From Candidatus Binataceae bacterium (lineage in GTDB: Bacteria > Desulfobacterota > Binatia > Binatales > Binataceae): a DNA stretch of 64,000 bases. How positions within the stretch are numbered: position 1 is the stretch's first letter; each line of letters begins with the position of its first letter. Under the pieces are notes generated by a model that saw only the letters and a list, made by a program, of their open reading frames with translations, was not told the DNA's origin and did not search any database. The stretch lies in contig DATDGX010000019.1 of the NCBI GenBank assembly GCA_036521875.1, positions 4,019 through 68,018 of the forward strand. Reading direction: 5' to 3'. Positions 11,187 to 20,557 of this stretch are shown here, piece by piece. The translations under genes were made by a program, and so were the position numbers.

Positions 11187-12185
11187 CTATACCGAGGCGG
11201 CGGCGCGTTGCGGCAGCCCCTTCTCGCGCATCATCAGCTCAATCCAGGCGTAGGTTTTGCCCAGTCCTTCCTCGAGCGAGATCGTGGGAGACCATCCGAG
11301 CAGTGCGCGCAGACGGGTGTTGTCGGAATTTCGCCCGCGCACACCCTGCGGCCCTGCGACGTGATTTTTTTTGATTTGGATTTGTGCAATTCCGGCGACG
11401 ATGTCGGCGAGCTCGTTGATGGTGACCACGCGATCCTGCCCGATATTGAGCGGCTCGTGATGCTTCGATCTCATCAATCTGAACATCCCGTCGAGGCAGT
11501 CGTCGATATAGCAGAACGAGCGGGTTTGCTCGCCGTCGCCCCAGATTTCGATTTCGTGATTTCCGCTGAGCTTCGCGTGGGCGATTTTACGGCAGAGCGC
11601 GGCCGGCGCTTTTTCGCGTCCCCCCTCAAAGGTGCCATAGGGGCCGAAGATATTGTGGAAGCGCGCGATGCGGGTTTCGATTCCGTAATCCTCGCGATAA
11701 TGCACGCACAGCCGTTCGGTCAGCAGCTTCTCCCATCCATAGGCGTCCTGCGGCTGCGCGGGATACGCGTCTTCCTCCTTGAGCGGAGTCACCTCAGTCT
11801 CAGTCTGCCGATACTCGGGATAGACACACGCGGACGAGCTGTACAGGTAGCGCTTGACCCGGTTGAGCCGGGCTGCCTCGAGAGTCTGAAAATTTATCAT
11901 CGCGTTGGAGTACAAAATCTGCGCGTGATTCGCGGAAATATATCCCATGCCTCCCATGTCAGCGGCCAGCGCGTATACTTCGTCGACCCCATGCGTGGCA
12001 GCTTTGCAATCATCAAGGCGGCGCAGGTCGAGCAACTTGAACTCGTCAGCCGAAGTGGGTCTGAACTCCGGGTACTTCAGATCCACGCCGCGGACCCAGA
12101 AGCCCAGCTTCTTGAGATAGTTGACCAGGTGACTTCCGATGAAGCCGCCCGCGCCGGTGACTAAAATTTTTGTCTTATGCGCCAT
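11187..12185 (-). CDS. GDP-mannose 3,5-epimerase (GME) homolog (extended SDR)
   Basis: 332 aa with blocks near-identical to plant GME: ILVTGAGGFIGSH, AADMGGMGYI, SSACVYPEYRQ, PQDAYGWEKL, GGREKAPAALCRK, WGDGEQTRSF, GVRGRNSDN. Confidence 0.8.
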   Translation of the reverse strand: MAHKTKILVTGAGGFIGSHLVNYLKKLGFWVRGVDLKYPEFRPTSADEFKLLDLRRLDDCKAATHGVDEVYALAADMGGMGYISANHAQILYSNAMINFQTLEAARLNRVKRYLYSSSACVYPEYRQTETEVTPLKEEDAYPAQPQDAYGWEKLLTERLCVHYREDYGIETRIARFHNIFGPYGTFEGGREKAPAALCRKIAHAKLSGNHEIEIWGDGEQTRSFCYIDDCLDGMFRLMRSKHHEPLNIGQDRVVTINELADIVAGIAQIQIKKNHVAGPQGVRGRNSDNTRLRALLGWSPTISLEEGLGKTYAWIELMMREKGLPQRAAASV

Positions 12186-12206
12186 TACGTCGGCCCGCCG
12201 CGATAA

Positions 12207-13955
12207 TCAGGTTTCGCCTGTCCGGCGCACCATGAATCTACCCATCACTAACACGTCCATCCTGCTCCGCAAAAAGCAGTCGAGCGCCTCCTCCGGCTTG
12301 CAAACCACCGGTTCGTTTTCGTTGAACGAAGTATTCAGCAAAACCGGCACTCCCGTCTGCCGGCCGAACTCGCGTATCAGCTTGTAGTAGAGCGGGTTCT
12401 GCGAAGCATTCACCGTCTGCAAACGCCCTGAGCCGTCGACGTGCGTGGTCGCGGGAATTATGCCGCGCTTCTCGGGACGCACCTGGTACGCCATCAGCAT
12501 GAAAGGCGATGGATATGACTGCGTGAAGTACTCGGCGGCGGCTTCCTCCAGGATGGAAGGCGCGAAGGGCCGGAACGTCTCGCGGCGCTTGATCTTGCTA
12601 TTGAGAATGTCGCGCATCTCCGGACGGCGCGGATCGGCGAGGATGCTGCGATTGCCCAGTGCGCGCGGTCCCCACTCCATGCGCCCGTGGAACCATCCGA
12701 CTACGCGGCCCTCGGCGATCTCGGCCGCCGTAATCCGGCACAGTTCGTCCTCGTCGGCGATCTGACTAACCTCGCAGCGGAGTTTGGCCAGCTCCGCGCT
12801 GCGCGCGCTCAATGCCGCGGCCAGCTCCTGTTCGCCATACTCCGGTCCCCAGTACGCGTGCTCCATGACGAAATCGCGGCGTCCGCCGCCGGCATGCCAT
12901 TGATACATCGCCGCACCAATAGCCAGTCCGGCGTCGCCCGCCGCCGACTGTATATACACATCTTCGAATCCCGTCTGCTCCAGGATTTTTCCGTTCGCCA
13001 CGCAATTGAACGCGACTCCGCCCGCCATGCACAGCTTCTTGAGGCCGGTCGCGCGCTGCAGCGTCCGCAGCCGGTCCAGCAATACCTCCTCGAGGCGCCG
13101 CTGCATCGAGCACGCGATACTCGCGTGCCGTCTGTCGACCGGCTGAGCAGGGTCGCGCGAGGGACCCAGGCGTTCAACCAGATAGTCTGAGTAGAGACGT
13201 CCGATCCACGGTTCACCGGCGCCCCACGTCATCTCCGAGCCGGAACGCTGATGGACGAAGTAGTCAGGCACCAACTGGAAATCCATCCGGCCGCCATTGG
13301 GCGCGAGCACCATCCGGCGAAATTCCTCGAGCTGCTCCGGCTCTCCATACGACGCCAGTCCCATCACCTTGTATTCGTCGCCGTACTTGAGAAAGCCGAG
13401 ATACTGAGTGACCGCGGTATAGTAAATTCCGAGCGAATGCGGAAACGCGACTGCGCCCATCGGCTCAATTCGGCTTCCACGGCCAACGCCCCACATCGCG
13501 CTGGCGAAATCGCCAAGGCCGTCGACCGAGAACAGCGCGGCCTCATCGAACGGCGAGACCAGGAACGCGCTGGCGAGATGCGCCCGGTGATGCTCGACCC
13601 GGCGCACCGGCGCCGTCCCTTCTTTCAATCCAAGGGCCAGCGCGGCTTCAGAACCAATCGAGGCGAATCGGCTTTGCGCAGACAGCCGATTGCGCGCCAT
13701 TTTCGGCATCCGGATCGCATGCCACGCCTTGCGCGCGATTCGCGCCCACGGATCGCGAGCCACCGCCAGAATGTCGATATCGCGCGCGGCGGCGCCCACC
13801 GCGGAAAGCACGTAGCGCAGCGACTCGACCGGAAACCCGGCAGCGTGCTTAATCCGGGTGAAGCGCTCTTCTTCCGCGGCGGCGACCAGCCTGCCATCGA
13901 CCACCGCGGCCGCGCTGGCATCGCCGTGGTATGCGTTTATCCCGACAATCAGCAT
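12207..13955 (-). CDS. NodU/CmcH-family carbamoyltransferase
   Basis: 582 aa beginning MLIVGINAYHGDASAAAVVDGRLVAAAEEERFTRIKH, the characteristic N-terminus of carbamoyltransferases, with a family-typical C-terminal domain. Confidence 0.8.
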   Translation of the reverse strand: MLIVGINAYHGDASAAAVVDGRLVAAAEEERFTRIKHAAGFPVESLRYVLSAVGAAARDIDILAVARDPWARIARKAWHAIRMPKMARNRLSAQSRFASIGSEAALALGLKEGTAPVRRVEHHRAHLASAFLVSPFDEAALFSVDGLGDFASAMWGVGRGSRIEPMGAVAFPHSLGIYYTAVTQYLGFLKYGDEYKVMGLASYGEPEQLEEFRRMVLAPNGGRMDFQLVPDYFVHQRSGSEMTWGAGEPWIGRLYSDYLVERLGPSRDPAQPVDRRHASIACSMQRRLEEVLLDRLRTLQRATGLKKLCMAGGVAFNCVANGKILEQTGFEDVYIQSAAGDAGLAIGAAMYQWHAGGGRRDFVMEHAYWGPEYGEQELAAALSARSAELAKLRCEVSQIADEDELCRITAAEIAEGRVVGWFHGRMEWGPRALGNRSILADPRRPEMRDILNSKIKRRETFRPFAPSILEEAAAEYFTQSYPSPFMLMAYQVRPEKRGIIPATTHVDGSGRLQTVNASQNPLYYKLIREFGRQTGVPVLLNTSFNENEPVVCKPEEALDCFLRSRMDVLVMGRFMVRRTGET

Positions 13956-14022
13956 TAGTCAGAGTAGAGCAGTATCAGTCAGTCACTAATACAGCATTAG
14001 TCAGTCATTAGAGTTAATCTAG

Positions 14023-15267
14023 CTAGTTCATCGCCGCCGCAATACTCAATCGGTGGCCGGCCGTGATCAGTCGCTGATAGCAATCAAGCATCCTCGATGC
14101 GCATCGTTCCCATGAGAACTCCCGAATCATCCAGTCGCGCCCTTTGGCGCCCATCTCCCCAAGCGGCATCGCGCCGATCCTGGCAATCGCCTCCGCAAGA
14201 CTCGCGGAACTGTTGTCGACCCACAGTCCGCAGCCGACCCGCTCGACATCGCTCCACGGAGTCCCCTGACTTGCGATGACTGCCGCGCCGTGCGCGAGCG
14301 CTTCGGCGACGACAATCGCGAAGTTCTCGGTATAGGATGGAACGACGGCGACATCAATGCTCTCGAAGAAGTGCGTCTTGGCCGCGCCGCGAAGGTCGCC
14401 GGCCATCGTCACGCGCGAGCCGAGGCCGAGGCTCCGAATCATCGCGCTCAGCTTCTCGACGTAGGCTGGCTCGCCGGATCCCGCAATCACGAGCGAGAAT
14501 TCCACCTCGTGTCCATCTCCTAACTGCTTGCAGGCGGCGAGCAGATTCTCGATGCCCTTTTTGGGGTCGAGGCGGCCGATGAATCCGAGGCGCAAGAGTC
14601 CGCCGCGCGCGCTGCGAGTGAGCGTGGCGGGAATGGCGACCCCGTTGGGAATGACTTCGATCGGCGCGCGCGGAAACCGTTTCGCGCTCTCGGCCGCTTC
14701 CTCCCGCGAGGTCGCGTGCAGGATCATTCGGCGCGGCGCGGCTGCCGCGCAGACCGTGTCCCAAATCGCTTTCGATACCACCCGCCGCGACCCTTCCCAT
14801 CGTTGCAGCCCGCCGTGCGGAGTCCACAGCAGCGGTTTGCCCGCGATTCGGGCGGCCAACATCGTCGGGATGGTTGGAAACGAATACGCGGCGTGCAGAT
14901 GGACGGCGTCAGCCCACCTTATGTGCGGCAACAGGCAGCGCACCATTTCGATCGAGACCGAGTTGCGCATCAGCCGCCGGCAATAACGAACGCTCAGGTT
15001 GCCGTGCTGGTACGCTTCCAGCCGGTTGGATTCGAGCGACGCTCCTGGGCCATCCGCGTCGGTGGTCAGAACGCTGACTTCCGCACCGGCGCGCGTGACA
15101 TGGCGCGCGAATTGATAGACCGCCTCCACCAGGCCTCCGTATTGCCACGCGGGCGCGAAGTGCGGGCTTACGTACAGGATTTTCGGCGCGCGCCGGGCGT
15201 CAGCGCGCTTGAATGCGGCCCCGCCTTCCGCGTCGAGCGTGCCCAGCACATTCGGATTGGCTCCCAT
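14023..15267 (-). CDS. GT4-family glycosyltransferase
   Basis: 414-aa two-Rossmann GT-B protein (KILYVSPHFAP...GG; C-terminal VVPSYTENFAIVVAEALAHGAAVIAS). Confidence 0.75.
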   Translation of the reverse strand: MGANPNVLGTLDAEGGAAFKRADARRAPKILYVSPHFAPAWQYGGLVEAVYQFARHVTRAGAEVSVLTTDADGPGASLESNRLEAYQHGNLSVRYCRRLMRNSVSIEMVRCLLPHIRWADAVHLHAAYSFPTIPTMLAARIAGKPLLWTPHGGLQRWEGSRRVVSKAIWDTVCAAAAPRRMILHATSREEAAESAKRFPRAPIEVIPNGVAIPATLTRSARGGLLRLGFIGRLDPKKGIENLLAACKQLGDGHEVEFSLVIAGSGEPAYVEKLSAMIRSLGLGSRVTMAGDLRGAAKTHFFESIDVAVVPSYTENFAIVVAEALAHGAAVIASQGTPWSDVERVGCGLWVDNSSASLAEAIARIGAMPLGEMGAKGRDWMIREFSWERCASRMLDCYQRLITAGHRLSIAAAMN

Positions 15268-15287
15268 GAGGTTGTCGCGACTTGGTA

Positions 15288-16364
15288 CTAACCGGCGGAC
15301 TGGCGCGCTTCTGATGCGAGTGCGCGCGAACTGAGTAGCGGCTCGGCGGCAGCGAGAATCTCTGCGAGCCGATCCGCGTAGCTATGCTTTTCGGAGGTGA
15401 CCTTGCGGCGCGCGGCTGCCGCGATTTGTTCACGCTCGTCGCTCGCGAGATAGCGGCGAACCTGCGCGACGAATTGTTCGGGTGAATCGAAAAACGCCGC
15501 TTCGCGATCTTCCTCGAACAGCGCCGCGTGCTCGGGCGTGCGTTCGGTGAGAATAAAGCCGCCGCAGGCCGGAATTTCGAACGTGCGCATCACGTGATCG
15601 TCGCGATTCGCGCGGCGCACGAGGTTAGCCGCAATCTTCGCCCCGCCAATAGCAAGACGGAAATCGCGGCCATTTGCGAATCCGCGCCAGTACCGACGCA
15701 GCGCCGGAAAACGATCCCAATAACCGCCAAACAGATTCAAGCGAAGAGCCGGAAGCTCGCGTGTAAGGAGCTCGAAATACGGCGCGCGCTCGGAATCGCA
15801 TCCGCCGACGAATACCACGTCGCAAATATACTTTGCTTTTTCAGCTTCCGTAGCGGGCAACTCTGGATAATGGAGTCCGGGCTTGTATCCGAAGCGGACG
15901 TACGCGGTATTTCGGCAACCGGCGCGCCGCACCTCGTCGATAATCGCGCGTTTGGTACATACGTAGAGATCGTAGATGGGAATTGAATCCACCAGGTCGC
16001 GGCTGCTGTCAGCAGGATTGAACGGATCATCAGTGGCCCAATTGACCAGTACAGCTCCGGTTTGCTGCTTTATTGTTTTCAGCGTCGCCGGCGCGAACCA
16101 CGCGCCCTTGCCTATCAGTATCAAGTCGGGCTCGAAGCTGGTCGCTTCATCAAGGAACGCGCGATTAAGGTTTCGATAGCCACGGGGACGGCCTACCACG
16201 CGCGCGGCGACCCGCTCCGCAATCGAGCGCACATGATTCACGAAACGGGCATCGTCGAAGAAGCGATAGCTGCACAGCCCGGCCGCGGCGCGTGCGTCCA
16301 GTGCCTCCAGAAAGTGGGCGCTCGACGGATAAAACGCCATCGTTTCAGAGTACAGGATTCGCAT
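15288..16364 (-). CDS. CgeB-family glycosyltransferase-like protein
   Basis: The ORF is 15288-16571, but the N-terminal 70 aa overlap the upstream gene. The probable start is the internal Met (MRILYSE). The C-terminal region FEIPACGGFILTERTPEHAALFEEDREAAFF is CgeB/GT1-like. Confidence 0.5.
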   Translation of the reverse strand: MRILYSETMAFYPSSAHFLEALDARAAAGLCSYRFFDDARFVNHVRSIAERVAARVVGRPRGYRNLNRAFLDEATSFEPDLILIGKGAWFAPATLKTIKQQTGAVLVNWATDDPFNPADSSRDLVDSIPIYDLYVCTKRAIIDEVRRAGCRNTAYVRFGYKPGLHYPELPATEAEKAKYICDVVFVGGCDSERAPYFELLTRELPALRLNLFGGYWDRFPALRRYWRGFANGRDFRLAIGGAKIAANLVRRANRDDHVMRTFEIPACGGFILTERTPEHAALFEEDREAAFFDSPEQFVAQVRRYLASDEREQIAAAARRKVTSEKHSYADRLAEILAAAEPLLSSRALASEARQSAG

Positions 16365-17517
16365 CGGCTCCAGCGGATCTCGCAGCAAGCGCATCGCGGT
16401 AGTAGTCCGTCGCGCGCCGGCCGTAGTCATCCCATCCGCCCAACTCGCGGGCGCGAGCCAGCGCCGCTTCGCCCATCTGCTCGCGCCGCGCGGGATTTTC
16501 GTAAAGCAGCAGGAGCCGTTCGCGAATGGCGGCGGCATCGCGAATCGGAACGATGAAACCTTCGACGCCATTGGTGAAAATATCGGCGGCTCCGGTGTTC
16601 TCGGTTGCGATTACTGGAACACCGCACGCCATCGCCTGCGCCTGAACCAGCGCGAGCCCTTCTTCAATCGACGGGAGCACCAGGACCGAGGCTTGGCTGT
16701 AGTGTTTGTAAAGCTCGGTGCGTGGAAGGACGCCCGCGTAGCGGAAGGTGCCTTCGTACTTCGCCATGATGGGACGCATCTCCGGTTCAATCACACCAAT
16801 CACGCATAGCTCGATGTCGGGAGCTCTAATCCCGGCCATCGCTTCGAACAAATAAGGCAATCCCTTGCGCAGGGTTACGGTTCCGACAAACAGAACGCGG
16901 AATGCGCGATCGCATTTCGGTTCGCGATGAAACATCGCCAGGTCAACGCCATAAGGATTGAGCCTCAATTTCTCGCGAGGCACGCCCTGGTCGACAAACG
17001 TGCGCAACACCTGCGTCGACGGCACAAAGATCAGATCGCAAAGCGCATACTCTTCGAGCTCGCGCTCCATCACGCGCGGATCGACTCCGGCGAAGCGCAG
17101 GCCGAAGCGAGCGTATTCGTCGCGGAGAATTTCATCCTGATATTCAATGTGCGTTGAGCCGCGGTCGCAGATGGTCAGCGCCCCATATCTCGACCGTGCC
17201 GTGCGATGGCTCTGCAAGCCAAAGCTCGATAGACAATGGAACGCGTCGCACGGAACCAGCCGCTCACTCATCCACCCATCGAAGGTCTGGATCACCGGAA
17301 AATTCAACCGGTTCCGTACGCGGGTGAATCCAAAGCGGTTCGCAAGCATCGCAGGGGCCATCAACCACGGAAATGTACTCACCGTTTCCCGCGGCACTCC
17401 AAGCACTTTCCACGAAGGATAAGCGCTGTACAGGTGCTCGAGATGGCCGAGGCGTTCGAGCTGGCGCGCCAAATCAAAGGTATGAAAGGGACCGGCACTC
17501 CCGACGCATATTCTCAT
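16345..17517 (-). CDS. GT4-family glycosyltransferase
   Basis: 390-aa GT-B protein with an N-terminal Glyco_trans_4-like domain. The C-terminal region VLVLPSIEEGLALVQAQAMACGVPVIAT carries the E-x7-E-type motif. Confidence 0.75.
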   Translation of the reverse strand: MRICVGSAGPFHTFDLARQLERLGHLEHLYSAYPSWKVLGVPRETVSTFPWLMAPAMLANRFGFTRVRNRLNFPVIQTFDGWMSERLVPCDAFHCLSSFGLQSHRTARSRYGALTICDRGSTHIEYQDEILRDEYARFGLRFAGVDPRVMERELEEYALCDLIFVPSTQVLRTFVDQGVPREKLRLNPYGVDLAMFHREPKCDRAFRVLFVGTVTLRKGLPYLFEAMAGIRAPDIELCVIGVIEPEMRPIMAKYEGTFRYAGVLPRTELYKHYSQASVLVLPSIEEGLALVQAQAMACGVPVIATENTGAADIFTNGVEGFIVPIRDAAAIRERLLLLYENPARREQMGEAALARARELGGWDDYGRRATDYYRDALAARSAGADANPVL

Positions 17518-17553
17518 AGTGCGGCCAGATGCGGCCCCATTACATCAAGTCGT

Positions 17554-18759
17554 TCAGACGCCGATCGCGACATCCCCGGGTCGCGCTCCGGGCGCGAGTT
17601 TGGGCGTCACGGTGCGCGTCAGTTCGAAAATGCGATCGAGCACCGGCTGGAAAAGCCGCTCATAGTTGTAGCGGCTCTCGAAGGCTTCGCGCGCAGCGCG
17701 GCTCATCGCGACGTAGGCATCGCGGTCAGCGAGAATGTTCGCGATCGAATTTGCGATCGACGCGGGATCCTTCACGTCCGCAAACGATACCCATCGCTCG
17801 TTGCCCAGGAACTCCCGATAGCTCGCGCGATCCGGCACCACGACCGGCAACCCGAGCGCGGCGTATTCGAACAGCTTGTTGGGAGCGGACCCCGAGTATT
17901 CCCAGTTCTTCGAGACCGGCTGATACAGCAGGAGGCCGACCGCGGCACGCTCCATCCGCCGGATTCGCTGATCGCGAGACGGCCATCCGTCGAGAGAGAG
18001 ACGCGGCTCTACTGCGCGTGCACGCGCGAGCATGTTGAGCTCGCGCCCGAAGTCGTCGGGGACAAACCCGATCAAGTCGAGTTGGAACGCATCGTCAAGA
18101 TGCTCGAGCGCGCAGACCGCCTCACGATGGCCATTATCGCCTCCAATCGATCCGACGTAGCAGATCTTTTTCTCCGCGAATCTGCGTTGCGCGAGCTCGC
18201 GCCAGTCCGATCGTCCCGGATAAAAGCCGATGCTCGCTCCGTTAGGCACGATAACCGCCGGCCGCGCGTCGCCCGCTTTGCCGAGCCAGTATGCAGCTCG
18301 ATATTTCTCCGGAAAAACGACGCAGCTCGCCGCGCGCGTATTGCGCAGCGCCGACTTGACTATCCAGGTCTGCAGCGAAGTCAACGGTGGTTTCTCGAGC
18401 TCCGGGAGATCGTGACAATGAAAAACGATAGGTACCTGGCTGTCACGCGCTCGCGCGCGCACCGCTGCCGCAAACGCATGCGCGTCAAACGCGTAGATGA
18501 TATGCGGCTTGAGCTCGGCCACCAGACGGCGGCCCCGCGACACGAAGCGGACGTACTCGGTGAACTTGCTTAGCGCAGGCGCTGCGGTTTTTTCCTCGGG
18601 TGTCGCGTAAGAGCCGACCGTTTCGACGCGCACCGCCTCGGGCCAGCTATGGGGCGGCCCCGCGACGTTGCGCGACAGTAGATGAATCCGAAAGTGCTCG
18701 CTCAGCAGACTGACCGCGTTGATGGTCGGCGGATAGTAGCTCGGGTTGGAATACATCAT
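17554..18759 (-). CDS. GT4-family glycosyltransferase (WbuB-like)
   Basis: The ORF runs to 18939, but the first ~60 aa overlap the wzx 3' end. The likely start is MMYSNPSYYPP. The C-terminal region LLLYQPVSKNWEYSGSAPNKLFEYAALGLPVVV is GT4-typical. Confidence 0.65.
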   Translation of the reverse strand: MMYSNPSYYPPTINAVSLLSEHFRIHLLSRNVAGPPHSWPEAVRVETVGSYATPEEKTAAPALSKFTEYVRFVSRGRRLVAELKPHIIYAFDAHAFAAAVRARARDSQVPIVFHCHDLPELEKPPLTSLQTWIVKSALRNTRAASCVVFPEKYRAAYWLGKAGDARPAVIVPNGASIGFYPGRSDWRELAQRRFAEKKICYVGSIGGDNGHREAVCALEHLDDAFQLDLIGFVPDDFGRELNMLARARAVEPRLSLDGWPSRDQRIRRMERAAVGLLLYQPVSKNWEYSGSAPNKLFEYAALGLPVVVPDRASYREFLGNERWVSFADVKDPASIANSIANILADRDAYVAMSRAAREAFESRYNYERLFQPVLDRIFELTRTVTPKLAPGARPGDVAIGV

Positions 18760-18911
18760 CAGCAGCAGCGTCCGCGTTTGGGGCCGGCTGACGTCAACCG
18801 GCCAGTGACCGCCGGGGTCAGGCTGCTGGCGCGGTGAGGTGGCCGTACTCTTCGATGCCGCCGACAAGGACGGCGTGTGACGCGTCGCGACGCGGAGCCG
18901 TTCGAGGCGGC

Positions 18912-20423
18912 TCACGCTGCGCGCTCCTGGCGCACCCATCCGCCCACCACTGCGCGGGCGGCGCGGCGCTCTTCATCACTAAGGCCGATCAATCCGAACG
19001 CCAGAACGAACGCGACGACGATCAGAGCGGCAACTGCGGCCGACTCGGGAAGCGAGGCAGCACTCTCGGGCCTCCACAGGATGACGGTCGCGGCGAGCGC
19101 CGCAGCGCAGACGGCGGCTCCAGGAGCGAGTTCGCGCGCGGCGCTGCGCAGCGACACGTGCAAGGTTCGCAGCGCCGCGTACGGTATGAACCATGCGTTG
19201 GTCAACAGCGCCGCCGCGATAGTGCCGCCGATAACGCCGACCAATCCGTACCGCCTCACCCACCAGAGGGAAAGCGCGAGGTTAAGCAATCCCTCTACGA
19301 CGCTCAGCACCGACCACGCATAGTGCCGGGTGGTTGCCCACAGCACGGTCGCGCCGGGGGCAGCCCACACGGTCAACCAGAACAGCGCGACCTGCAAACC
19401 ATAGGTTAGATGTCCCGGAAAGACTTCCCGGCCCGCCCACAAGCGCAGGAAAGCCGGCCCGACGACGATAAGTGCGATCGCTCCGACGGTGGCGTAAAGC
19501 AGTGCCAGTCGTATCGAGAACATCAATCCGCTGCCGATCCGCTCGACCCGGCCCAAAGCAAAGTTGGCGGTGACAGTCGGCACCAGCGCCACTAGCGCGA
19601 CCGAGAACACGCTCGCGCACATCACCATCAGGCGCATCGGAACCGCATAGAGCGTGACCGCCGCGGCTCCGAGCGCATAGCCGATTACCAGATTGTCGAG
19701 ACCCGAAATCAGCGTGCCTCCGATCTGGATGCCGAGGAAGCCCAGGGACGGCTTCAGCATTTCGCGCAGCAAGCGGGAGGAAAACCGCGCGAGCCGCGGC
19801 CACGCTTCACTGCTCTGGCGGCGAAGTTGCCGGTACGCCACCAGCGGCGCGAGAACCTCCGACGCGCCATTGATCAGCGCCACGGCGAGGAGTTTGAACC
19901 CGGCGACCAGCGCGAGCGCCAGGATCGCGACGCGCACCGTGTTGGTGCCCGCATTGATCGCCTGCTCCTGGTCGACACGCTGGAACGCCCTGAGCATCAT
20001 CAGATGAACCTTGAGCGGAAATCCGATCATGACGAGGCCGAGATATACGAGCGCGGCGGCGAGAACCGCGGGGCCGCCGTGAAGCGCCAAGCGGCCGCCG
20101 AAGTATGGCGCCGCAATCGCAAACGCCGCGACGATGACGGCAGCCACAGCCGCGTAGGTGAAAAACGCCGTCGAGATCAGCGCGCCAACTTCGTGCGAGC
20201 GATCTTGAGCGAGCGCCTCCGCGGCGCGATTGCTCACCGCCTGTGCCATCCCGAGGTTGGCGAGACTCAGATAAGACGTCAGGCTCAAGACCACGAGCCA
20301 TTGCCCGTAGGTCACGGTGCCCAGGTAGCGCAGGTAGATCGGCACCATCACCAGCGGAACGGCCAGCGAAACCGCCCAGTTGGCGTAGGTCCACGCAATA
20401 TTACCTGTGACGGAATTCTTCAC
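18912..20423 (-). CDS. Wzx-type polysaccharide flippase (MOP superfamily)
   Basis: 503-aa highly hydrophobic protein with about 12-14 predicted TM helices. The N-terminus MKNSVTGNIAWTYANWAVSLAVPLVMVPIYLRYLG is typical of Polysacc_synt/Wzx proteins. Confidence 0.8.
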   Translation of the reverse strand: MKNSVTGNIAWTYANWAVSLAVPLVMVPIYLRYLGTVTYGQWLVVLSLTSYLSLANLGMAQAVSNRAAEALAQDRSHEVGALISTAFFTYAAVAAVIVAAFAIAAPYFGGRLALHGGPAVLAAALVYLGLVMIGFPLKVHLMMLRAFQRVDQEQAINAGTNTVRVAILALALVAGFKLLAVALINGASEVLAPLVAYRQLRRQSSEAWPRLARFSSRLLREMLKPSLGFLGIQIGGTLISGLDNLVIGYALGAAAVTLYAVPMRLMVMCASVFSVALVALVPTVTANFALGRVERIGSGLMFSIRLALLYATVGAIALIVVGPAFLRLWAGREVFPGHLTYGLQVALFWLTVWAAPGATVLWATTRHYAWSVLSVVEGLLNLALSLWWVRRYGLVGVIGGTIAAALLTNAWFIPYAALRTLHVSLRSAARELAPGAAVCAAALAATVILWRPESAASLPESAAVAALIVVAFVLAFGLIGLSDEERRAARAVVGGWVRQERAA

Positions 20424-20557
20424 GCTGAGATAGAAGTCATCACGCTGAGACGGAGTTCTTCACGCTGAGACAGAGTCCTCCACGCTGGGTAAGGCCGCGA
20501 TGGGCGCGCGCCGCTATTCGCGTCGCCGCGATGCCGATTCTGTCAACCTGGTCACCC

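Noticed and set aside
10623-12164. 513-aa plus-strand ORF
   Set aside because: It is antisense to the GT4 and GME genes and has no motifs. It is a GC-content artefact.
17236-18573. 445-aa plus-strand ORF spanning two GT4 genes on the opposite strand
   Set aside because: It is antisense to two well-supported glycosyltransferases. No domain is recognisable.
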